NCBI GenBank assembly: GCA_030141605.1
Contig: JAQGDQ010000092.1
Coordinates: forward strand, 595,730-659,729
Source of the DNA: Tubiluchus corallicola
Taxonomy: Eukaryota; Animalia; Priapulida
Direction: 5' to 3'
Length of the DNA stretch: 64,000 nucleotides
The translations under genes were made by a program, and so were the position numbers. The first letter of the stretch is position 1, and each line of letters opens with the position of its first letter. The notes under the pieces are model-generated. The model was not told the origin of the DNA. It searched no databases and worked only from the letters and a program-made list of their open reading frames with translations. This document shows positions 25,549-37,500 of this stretch, in pieces.

Positions 25549-28500
25549 ACCATTTCAAGTCTCACTTGTTGTTTTCCATCCTAACCTTTCACACATGCTT
25601 TAAAGTTGAGAGCTTTAATGTATTTAATGACCCCATTAAGTTATGAAAAGCATGTGACTTCTACTTGCATTACGATAGACACAATTTTTAGTCACTAAAA
25701 TTTCCAGTAGTTTAATATTAATATATAGCTTCCATAGTTTTACTGTTATGTTGATCAATGTATTGTAAGACATTTTTTGTAAAAATTTGTGTTTGAAAAA
25801 ACGTATTTTAAGTTACTATGGAAGAATCGATGCCATGTTGCCCCCTGTAATCCTGTTTCTTTTAAGATCATTACTTTCGACGTTCTTTTAAAATGTAAAT
25901 ATGTAGTTTTTTCATGTTTGTGATTCTATGTATTTCTTTATTCAAGTAAATTTTAATGAACTGATAACATCGTTAACCCTGGTGAGGCATGCAATTTGAC
26001 ATGTTTCGAACAACTGTAAACAATTACTGACTACCTGAGGCAGAGTATTTTTTCAAGTTCGTTTAATTTTTTTACGTAAATTGTAACAAAACTGCCTTTG
26101 TGGAACATGTTTTTATAACGAGAGCTTAGTCAAATTGTGAAACAAAATGAGATTAATTATAGTTTTGTGGCTTTTTTAAGCGATTTTAGCAATGTATTGA
26201 ATTACATCAGTCTTGCACTGTAAACTGGAAAAAAGTGCAGGTTAAATTTTTGTGAATTCAAGCTTTACTGCATTGTTTGCAAATTAATATTTTTGCGATG
26301 CAGCCTGATGACATGTATACATTATGATGCAAGAACTATGTTGCATTATTGGGGGGGGGGGCAATTTCCGCATTGCCAGTACCTCTCTCATGGCAGATTT
26401 AAAGTAAAAAGGGAAAACTTATGGCATAGCTAACTACTAGCGTTATCCATTGTGTGGTTTTACAAACGCCAACTGTCAGAGAATGTTCAGGAAAGGGTGT
26501 TTTGTAGTTACAGTTCATGTATGTAAACTAGATGATCTGAATTTCTGAAATACAATTGTATTGGTTTTTAGTACACATTCCATCCTAAGATGTCATGTCT
26601 CAAATTTTTAGTTTAGTTTGATCTATGACATCAAGTTACTTGTGAGTTTGCAGTAACAATTATACATCGCGATTCTTGAAATTGTTATTTCTTGTTCAAT
26701 TTTTTCTCATTTTAACTTGGACATAATATCTAACAGAAAATAACACCCTTAGCTTGTGCAAAAAACGGATTACTCTTTCAAGCCCCCGTTTTGAAATGCA
26801 GCTGTATTATGTGTATATTATGAAGCTTGAGATTGTGGGTTCAGTTTATCTGGCTAAACAGTGTTTCTCATTATGATATGCTAGATTGTCATATAGCAAA
26901 TACAGTGTAGTGAAAATATTTTTGCTGCTTTGAATTTTGTAGATAAGATAGTTTTTGAAATAGTTGCATGCCAAAATTCATTTTAAAGATACTGTTTAAA
27001 AATAAAGCACATGTACAACTCAGCCATAATGCAACACTCACTCAACAGCGTTCCATTAATCTTCAGTGGGAAGATAAGAATCTAGCTTACTATACACACT
27101 TCTCAATGACAGAAAAAGGCAGAGGTAGTATGGTGTATAGTATGAAATCACCCAGAATGCAATCAAGTTAGGTATTACGAGGCCAATTACATGTGGCAAC
27201 CACTTGCATCAGATGCTACAAACGCCAAACTTTAGACAAATAGGATAGCTTCTAGGATTTGTCTTCATACATCAGCATCTCTTGAATTAGAATTGTACTT
27301 TGATTGTACTGCACAAACTGCTCGTTAATTCAAGAGAGTTAATCTACTTTGAAATAACTTCTTTATTAAGAATGTTAATCCCTGTAAGTGGATGTTATTG
27401 GTAAAGTAGCAAAGATTATTCGATATTAAATGCTGGTAATCCCTGCATTGTAATTAATAAATTCAACAATTTTGTGAATGCTAGCTAAAACATGCATACT
27501 CTATGAATGACGATTAATATAGTTTCCCTAATCTTAACTGTCCTACTATAATCTTTTCATGTGGCATGCTTTACAGTACAGTGAGTGATCACAATAAATA
27601 CAGAGAATGAAAATCGGAGCCAATGATTGAAACGCTTGACAAAAAAAATGTTATTTCTTGATTCCTTGAATACCCTTGTAGATTGTTAGCTAAAAGTCAT
27701 TTTGTCAAGCTACAAGTTTGCCTGCAAGGGTTTACAATTACTCGGTGACCTATTACATCTGCATGGAAACTGGGCTATTCTGTTACCCACACAGCTTCAT
27801 AGTTCTATGTTTTAATCATTTATTCACAAAGATGTTATGATGTGAAACCGTCAATCAAGGATATCAAAATGTAAGAGGCATCAGAAAACCTGTCATAAAA
27901 ACTCAAGCTGACACACTGCAGCAAATGAGAAAATACAAATAAGAACGGTCTCTGCCTTCCATTTTTTAAATCTTTCACTTACGAAATGGTAGGGAATACC
28001 CACAGATTTATAATATTAGAGCATTTACTGTGTTTGAATAGCCATCTACATGCACTCAAATTAAACATCTAAGAAAACAGAAACTAGAATCTTAATGATA
28101 ATGCAGTATAATTCTAAACATGTTTTTAAAGTTGCATCTATACTTGGTTTTCTACCAGCTCTCAGTAACACCTACTACATTGTATAATAAATAAGTGAGA
28201 GATGCATGAGTGATTATTTGGTACAGACTACTGCTTCAATTTGTTTGTGCACTTTCTAGTTTCCCATGTGCAACAAAGTCCACTGCTATAATCAAGGGTA
28301 TCAGCTATCTATAAACGATACATTAGTATTAACATTAGATAACAATGTTAAAAAATAACCATCAAATTATCTAATAAAGTTACTTAAGCACAATCTATGA
28401 GCCAAAAGTAGTATGTGGGTGGTCATACAACACGACTGCAACATTTACAAAACCAAACCTGGTTTTTACAACACTGATCTAAGTTACTCCATTCTACATG

Positions 28501-28578
28501 TCAAACATGAATACAAACTATAAACATATCACCATTGTTAATTAATCTCACAAGAACACCACTAATCCATTACTGATG

Positions 28579-31500
28579 CTAATTTATCTTTGCAAGAACA
28601 GCAGCTCTTTTGTCTGTGTTTTGAAATAGAGCTCTAATCAGTGACTTTATTTCACTTGCTGTAAAAACTGCTGCTAGGGGTCCTTTACCCTCTGCCCAAC
28701 GCTCCTTGATATTGTACATGTTGGCGGTTAACACAAAGATGAGTTCTTGGAATTTCATCCAATTTTCAATACAGTGGTGCACAATTGGCATCTGTTTATT
28801 GTCAGATAATTCGCTGCTGGGCTAAAAAAGAAAATATTCGAGTAAGGTGGTTGAACCTTGTAAAAGGTAAGCTAGTATTGACAAAACGTTGTAACACCAT
28901 CAATGGTAATTTTAATAATTGCATTGCTTATGCACAGTAAACAATTTTTAACATAAAATAATTTTTTCAAGGGTTAAGAAGCAAGTGACAGAAAGAAAAA
29001 CATGAAGGCTGTGTAGCACTTTAAGTGATGCCAGCTGACATCATCTTGTCCAAAGATGTCTGTCCTGAGTTACTTGTTTATTTTGTTTTACTTGTCACTA
29101 TATAAAAAAGAAAAACATTATGAAGGCAGTGTAGCAGTTTAGGTGATTCCAGCCGACATCATCTTGTCCAAAGATGTCTGTCTTGAGTTCAAATTCTAGT
29201 TTCTCTAGAAATGCTCTTTTCTGCCGGTGTAAATATACAATTATGACGATGGTAGAGCAGTGGTGGGAGGATCTACTTTCACTTTTTTCAGTACCTAAGA
29301 GTGTATGCATTTACACCTATTTTCTGTAACATGTACCCCAACTACTTTGGTAAAGGAAATTCAAATCTTTCTCATAATTCATGCATACCAAGACAGACGT
29401 CATGCAAATCATATCAGCAAGAGTATCCCAACAATTATAACAATGTAAGTGGCCACTTCTTCCCAAGAGCAATTACACCTATTGCTAATACTTACAACAT
29501 GATTTATTTTTGTTTTGTAGTATCTGTGAAAAGCTTAATAATAGGCAATCATTAATTTATTATTACATGTATTATCATAGTTAGCAAGTTCAACTTTGTC
29601 ATATCTTTGGGAGAAAATTTCAGTGACACTTGAAAGTATTAGTGGCTATTTAGACCTAATACTCTTTTTCTAATTGAACAGCCAGCCTGACAAATGCCTA
29701 ATAAACAAAGCCACAAACCTGAATATCAGTAAATGGTTTGATGTTTTTTTAATAAAGAATTGGCCTTTTTATACTGCCATTTTTTAAATATCATGTCTTG
29801 CATGCGTGCATGGTTCCATGTTTCCACTGCGATGTGCGAGATATGCTTTTGTGTTTACCTTGGATATACCGTCAAATAAATCATCTGACACTTTATAACA
29901 CACCATGTTACTTAGCTACACTATATTTTACCTCTAGGCAATCTGATGCCCGCGTCACAATCATGCTGAGGATGCGGCACAGTTCACTCGCATCGTCAGC
30001 TGAGATGTCTTCTAGTGCCATTATTTGAGTCATTATCTCAGTCACCATATTCTTCATCAATGTGCCTAGATTCAAGCCAAATTTTTTTCAACACACTGAA
30101 TCTTTCTAGTTGCAACAATGATTGCCAAAATTCAATAATATTGGTAAGCATTTCGGAATGCACAATTTGAAGTTTAAGAGGTGAGTGTGTCTCTGTTTAT
30201 GATATCGCTGTGTCCATTTTTCAAGGTGAGAATCATGCCTTGTTCAAGCTAATTTGTATCTAACAAATCAAACTTGTTCAAGCTAATTTGTATCTAACAT
30301 AATTCATAAGCAGACGGATGTAGTACAGTAGGCGCCACTTAATAGACTCACTTTGGGATAGCAGTGTTTTGACCCAATTAGCCAACGGGTGTAGCCTATT
30401 AATAGTTACAGAAGTATAAATCATCACAAACACCTTAGTACGGGTTGCAAATGCTTTAAATGAATTTTAGAAACAAATTGATATCAAAATTTCTATGTGT
30501 AATTATTTAAGAATAATAATTTATATAAGTGAATTAATAAAAAAAGAAAATAAAAAATCGCACAAATCTGATTATTACCACTAAAAATTACAAAAATTCA
30601 TGCAAGGTCAGTTGCTTCATAGCTTTACAAAGAAGTTGGTTTATAAAATTCTCATAATGATAAAAACATTGAAAATCTGCTGCTGTATACAGTACATATT
30701 CACGCAATACAACTAGTCGGCTAGTGGTTGAGCTGTAGTTGGTGATGACCTTATCTGCCTTGCAGTGGGAACTTCAGAAACGAACCTCTAGGCTAGTGAT
30801 ATAATGTTCAGTTTCCAGAAACAACAAGGTTAACTGCAGCGGACAAACGGGCGACAGATTCAAAGCAAAACTGCTATGCTAACATATTGCTGCATATGAC
30901 AGATGTACTGTTACAGCTTACAAGCAAGCCATAGTTAACGTGACTGTTTTTAAGCATGTGCACAAAAACGATGTAAACATGATATAAAAGCAGTAAAAGC
31001 TCTTTGGACACAAACAAGTGTCTTATTTTAAGTACATGAAGGAAAAATATTGAGTCAAATATATGGAGTTATTTGAGTCAATTACTGACAGTTCTTATTA
31101 TATGTTTGAATAGGAGCGGCCCATTCCACACGTTTTTAGTCAATTAGGCGACTGATTCAATTAACTATGAGTATAATAAAGCGCCTACTGTATTACTAGT
31201 ATAGGAGTATGAGTTATCATTCTTCAGTTTAGTATGCTCTGCAAAGACTGTGAGAGCTCTAAATGTTAGGTTTTTACATTTGTGTTCCATTGTCAAAATT
31301 AACTCGGTGCTCTTAGTTGCTCTACGATATTTACACTTATAAATTTGCAAAGAACACAGGCAAATTACTGCCATGCCATTCATGGCATAACAGTAACAGT
31401 TTACTGATTAAACATTCTGTGAAAAGCAGCAAGAGCTTCAAAAATAAATTGTTAAGCATGTGATTAAAAGTTTAGCTTTCATACATTCTTGGGCAACGAG

Positions 31501-34500
31501 GTTAACTGCAGATGACAGATTCAAAGTAAAAACACAAAGCCAGCACATTAGTGCATGACAAACACAACTGTTTACAAACAGTGGTGCTTAACATGATCAT
31601 CTTGATATATGTTATAGTGCACAAAAGTGAAGAAAAATGATATAAAATTAGTAAAAGCTCTTTTACCATGCACAACTGCCTTATTTTAAGTACCAGAAGC
31701 AAAAATTTCGAGTCAATTATGCAGAGTATTTGAGTAAATTGCTGACAGTTTTTATATACATTTGAATAGAGCATTTTGAATCAATTAAGTGACTAATTCT
31801 GTTACCTGTGAGTCTAATAAACGGTATCCACTGTATTTTCTTTTGCACATCTTAAAACTATATTTCTCAGTAGTGTTTAATTTTAGCATGACAATCTGAA
31901 CTTAGTTAATTTGTATATACCTATGGCTTTGTAAGTAACATTTTGTGGCAGAACATCCCTCCATACACGGTTCAGATGCTCAACTTGATGCAAACACTGC
32001 TTAACTGCCCGCTCTGCACTGGAAACCGGAGCCGAGTCTTCTGACACAGATTTAAAGCCTGAATCAGATTGACAACTGAATTTGACATATTCAATGTGAA
32101 TATTGGTAAGATCTAGAATCGATGCATTAAAATAGACTAGATTCTGTTATTCTGATACAAAATTCCATTAGATAGTGCTGTAAACAGTGCTAGTAAAAGT
32201 GTATTATGCACAAAGTGTTGACATCTATTAGTAAAAAAAGTATCACATCACATATGAGGGTACCCGTCCACTTTAAGCTGTTAATTCTTGATGAGTTTAT
32301 AAAGAGATAACATTTTACAATAACATTTTCTGCATATTACTTGTTTATGCAATCCTTAAGATTACTAAGAATAGTAAAGATGACAATATTTGCAACAAAT
32401 GAATATTTCCTAGCAGCACACCTTTTGCTTGAGCTAAGCTGTCTGTAATCTGTATCTGCTGCAGTGCCATCTGTGAGAGGAAACACCCAGTACCCATCTC
32501 GCGGTAGATGGGCACCAGGTCAATGAATGTTGCAGAGCCTTGGTTTAGTGGAGCAGGAAGCTGAAAACGATATTCACGACCCAGAAGCATCAGTCTATGT
32601 GCAACAAACATGCAGTTGTTGTGATGTACGGCTGCAAATTAAAACAATAATTGATTATTTGGCATTATTAAGTTTTATTCACTCAATAACCTGATACTTG
32701 ATCGAGGCGATTTCTTAACAAAAAGATAAAGAATATTTCTGATATTTAATGGAAGTAGATTAGTTTCCAAAGTGCAAAAAAACAAAATCTCAATCCCTCT
32801 TGAACATATAGAACAATAAAAGTATTGCCTTCAATGAAGTAAACAACTGGAGGCACTAAGACGGGGAGAAACCAACCAGAGTAAGTTTTTTGGCAGTCAT
32901 AAATCTATTTACTTGGCTTCATGTTGTTTAACTTTGGTTGCTAGATACACACCGTGACCATTCATCTATTTTCTTAGTCACTCTCACACAGTTATTAACA
33001 ACAAAATACATAAGTTCCTTTTTGGTTGATCCAAAGCTATAGGGAGTAGGGACTAGCCACAGCTAGCAGCATCCAACTAAGCACACCTTCTATCGCACAT
33101 TTTAGCTAATCGGCAAAGTAGCTCGCTCTCCTACTAGTTAACGCATTTTGTTTTGACAAGGAAAACTGATTCGCTGAATGAAAATGCATGCATTTGGTAA
33201 TGCTTACATTAAATACATTTCTTTACGACTACAGCATCCACTTGATTTCACTAAACATTCATTCTACTTGAGATGACTAGGCTGTACTACACTAACACTA
33301 CAAAAAAGTTGGTAACAGCCAACCCATCCAACGGTAGGGTACTGAATAGCAAAGAAAATTAGTGTGCACTGTATCAATCGGTATTAGTTTGTGCTAGTGT
33401 TAGAGCTACTGTCCCGAAAGAAATGGCCTACAAGCATAACATAGAAAACTTTTAAAGACCTGCAATGACTGGATAGAAAAGCTGTTAACATTTAGCTGTT
33501 AGTATAATTTATACTGCAAAGCGTGCTCCATGCAAATTACTCGTCCTGCCTAGCTTTCTGGTAAAACCAATGTGCAACTAGTTATGAGCCCTATAGATTA
33601 ACTTAGAAAAGTCCATGGACTAATAAGATACTAATAACATAATAATAATAAAGCAGATATACCAGTGATGATAGCAGATTCCGTTTATTTTGTAGTATGA
33701 GTAATACTATCATATTAAACGCATTAAATCATGAATATGTGCAAATATGGCAAGGGCTTGGGCAACATGAGTGGCTGCGGTGTGTGATCAGCGACAAAAT
33801 AAAGCAAACAGATAGGTCACTACCTGGAAACTGTTTCTGGTCACTGTCCTAATTGAAAAAAGATGTATATATATCCAAATGTGGATAAGGCATCTCACCC
33901 AACTCAGGGTCTCGACTTAGATGATTATCGATTATCCTTAATAACGAACTACCTTCTGGTCCAATATAGTAATCTACATTGAGTAACCTCTGCTGTTGAG
34001 CACCTGATTTTGCTGTACAGTACAAACTGCATAAAAAAGTTAATGACTAACCTGCTGCGTAGGGAAACGACTTTAATGTTTCCTTGTGGTAGATAGGCAT
34101 GATACTGCCAAATAACTCAAAAATGTTCCGCACAGCGTAAAATAACTGTATTGCACACTGCGGAGAACTGTTAGCTGCCTCATCCAGTGTACAACATGCC
34201 AACTTCATGAGCTCCTTTATCGAAACACTGCGTGATGAAATACAATAATGACAAATTAAAAACTAAACCTTGTTATCAACCATTTGTTGTGCACAAGAGT
34301 ATGATTTATGATGCTATTGGATATTAGGAGGTTCCTACATAATGCCAAAGGCCAGATGCTTGAAAGACATAAGCTTCAAAAGTCAGTTTAAAGTGTTTTG
34401 TGTTGAGGAAATCAACAGCATATGAGTTTATTATTTTATTCCACAAACTTATGCAGCTTAGCTAATCATCAAGCTTTCTTTTAAAACCTGAATGATCCTA

Positions 34501-37500
34501 AAATTCACAAGAAGTTTCAGTCTAAACCCTTAGCATCAGCTCCTTGGAAAGCATTCAAGAATATTAACAAAGGTTGCAGTATCCTGCAATTATTCTCTCC
34601 TGAAAGTTTTTGCAGAAAAGTAAGCAGGCATCATTCTCATACAATAAGGTGATACCAGACTGAAATCAAAGAACAGTGGCTCAATTATGCAAATGCATGG
34701 CAAACAAATTTTTTTTCAAAAAAGAAGTGCATTCAATTCGGGTAATGAATACACGACTGATGCTGTTAGAGCACTTACGTATTCTAAGTTTGCCAAGCAC
34801 ATATGCAGTATGCAATACCTTATTCTGCAAGTTGGTAGTTTAAACATGCTCTGGTTTAGCAGTGGTTCTCCGGAAGGCAGCGGCACTGACTGCTTTTCTT
34901 TTTGCTCCTCTTTATTTCCTCCGTCTGGTGACGGATCTCTGTTGACAGGTTCATCAGAGTTAAGAGGTTCATCACAAATCTGAAATAAGCAAATTTCTGA
35001 TGCTTGAGAAAACAATTGAAATTATTATCATCAAGTCTAACTTTATATGGTCTTACTCTGTTTTAATCTAATCTACCCAGTGTAAGATGTAACTTAAAGT
35101 AGAAAAACTAACTATAAGCTCCCACAGAGGGTTTTATAGGTTAATCTATATGGGTCCATAGGTTAACATAATATTAGCTAGCACAACTTAACCACCAACA
35201 TAGGTAAAACTAACATAAGCCAAACCAAATTAGTTTAATCAGTTTAGTTTAAAGTAGTATGCTTAATTTACAAAAGTAGTAGTGAGGTTCCACTATAACG
35301 GCATGCTCAGATGTACAGATTTCCCTCGCAAATTCTCTCTGAGAGAAGTTGCCAAAACGTTCACACATGGCAATAACTTGCGAGAGAAGTCTCCACGTCT
35401 GAACGTGCCATAACTCATACGCTCACTACCTAAGAAATAAATAAAATGATTAATGCAGTAAATGCGGGAATATTTTAACCTGTAATTCGAAGAGAGGGTG
35501 CTCTGACTGCTTTACTTCTCACTTCACCTTTCTTTCTTTTTCTATAAGTTTCTCTCAAAATCTCTCACTCGTTTTTATTTCTTACTCTCTCTTTCTCTTG
35601 CTTTTTCACTTTCTAATTTCTTGACATTTCTTATCAAAATTTGGATACACTGTATCGATAAAATTTGCTGAAATGTCTGTAGCAGAATGAAAATTTGAAA
35701 ACTTTAGAGAAAAAATGAATCATATTCTTGAGCTCATAAATTTGACGAGAATCAGATTGCAACAGTTAAGTACTCCTCAGCTATTGTAATACTCTAAATG
35801 TACATACGGATATTCATCTTATACTTATTACTTTACACGTTACGCTCCTTTAGTTTTGACTGCCCTAATCTGTGTCAGTGCTTAAGAATTGCTAACAGGG
35901 CTGGGACCGGTTAAGGATTCATTTAACAGGTCAACTGGTTAATTTTTTATTAACTGTTAACAAAAGAAGCGATTAATCAGATCTAGGCAACATCGGAGGC
36001 CCTTTGTAATTTGCCAACTAGATCATTGGAGAACCAAATAAACAAGAAATTTACAATGCAAACATGAAGTGAAACTTTAGAGGAATAAGTCCAAATAAGA
36101 GTGAAACTTTTATACACAGAAACCCAGCAGTACGCTGAAGAACCAACAATTGGATTCTACGAGGCAGCCCTGACATGGGCAGAGCACTTTAGAGGAATTT
36201 CAAAACTATTGCACTAAAGTAACAAGTACATGCGTTTGCAGTAATATGAGCCATAATAAAATAATTCACTGAACCATGACAGACTTCCCAACTCTCATGA
36301 TTTTACCGTGAGTTTTACAATTTTAACTCACCCCTTACAATCTTATATACTACACCTTTGTTTCCTCATTGTAAATAAAAAGGTCAGTATATTTTGCTTT
36401 TGCTGAAAATAACTAAAAAAAGTCACCATGTCCAAACAGCCTCTTTAATAAGCTCAATTTGCATGGAAAACAGTTGTGATCAACAAACAAATTTAGCAAA
36501 TGTATGGCGTTATGCTGCTGCTTTGAATTAGCAAAGTTATTACAAAACTGCTTTAACATTTAACTACCCCATTTTAACTTTTTTCAAGAAAGTAGTTTTA
36601 ACTGCTATCAGTTATAGACTTCACTTTTAAATCAGTTTTTACCTACAAAAAACAATCACATGCATAACAATTCCAAAAAATTACTATTTTCTGTTTACAA
36701 CTCTTGTCATTTCATAAATTTTCTCAGAACTGGAAACAATGACACAAGAACAATGTATTCTAGGCTAAAAACAGTAAAAATAAATAATGCCTTTTAGTCC
36801 TAGTTCTCAAAACAACAAATGATTCTATGATTATTTAGCAATTATTTGGAATGGCACCACAAGTAAAAGTTTTGAGCTGACAGAGAAGATGATTGAAAAA
36901 GCTTACACCAATGCTGACTAGCGTTACTTATTTGTGATTGGCAATAAGTACAATAAAAACATTTCTAGGTTCTTACAGGCTTCTATAGAATAGGACAATA
37001 GGGCGCTTACTCACTTAGTAGTATGCAAAGAATAATGGTTGTGGTTAATTGAAACTTATGGACGAGTTAAACACATTTCACTTAAGACAAGATTTCAGAA
37101 TAGAAACTCCTACCTGTCACAAACATGGCAAAAACTCCTTCATGTATACCGTGCAACATGGTGCAACCGCATTCAACTAATAGTGGTCTTACACCGAGTT
37201 CTAGTGCAGTACCGACACAACAAGAAACATATTATGCTGTTCCTACTGAAAAAGCTGGCGACAAAAAGTGTACAGGTATTTCTGTCCCAAATGAAACATT
37301 TGCTCAGCAGATTTGCAAAAAGTGCGGTATAGCTTTCTTTCTACAGAGTGATCTTAAAAGTCATATTGATAACCACGATAAAATCGAACGCCAGAAATTC
37401 AGCTGTGGATTATGTCTCACTGAAGTGGAAAATCTGCGATCGTTGAAGATGCACATGCAGACAGTATTGTGCGATGTTTGCAATATTGGGTTCACTTGTA

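Noticed and set aside
26351-26361. G11 homopolymer in the presumed Rsf1-like 3' UTR
   Set aside because: An isolated mononucleotide run with no supporting structure.
27001-27824. Overlap of the convergent Rsf1-like and ZW10 3' UTRs
   Set aside because: Each gene has a plausible AATAAA before any overlap (+ at 27001, - at about 27819-27824), so overlap is not required by the sequence.
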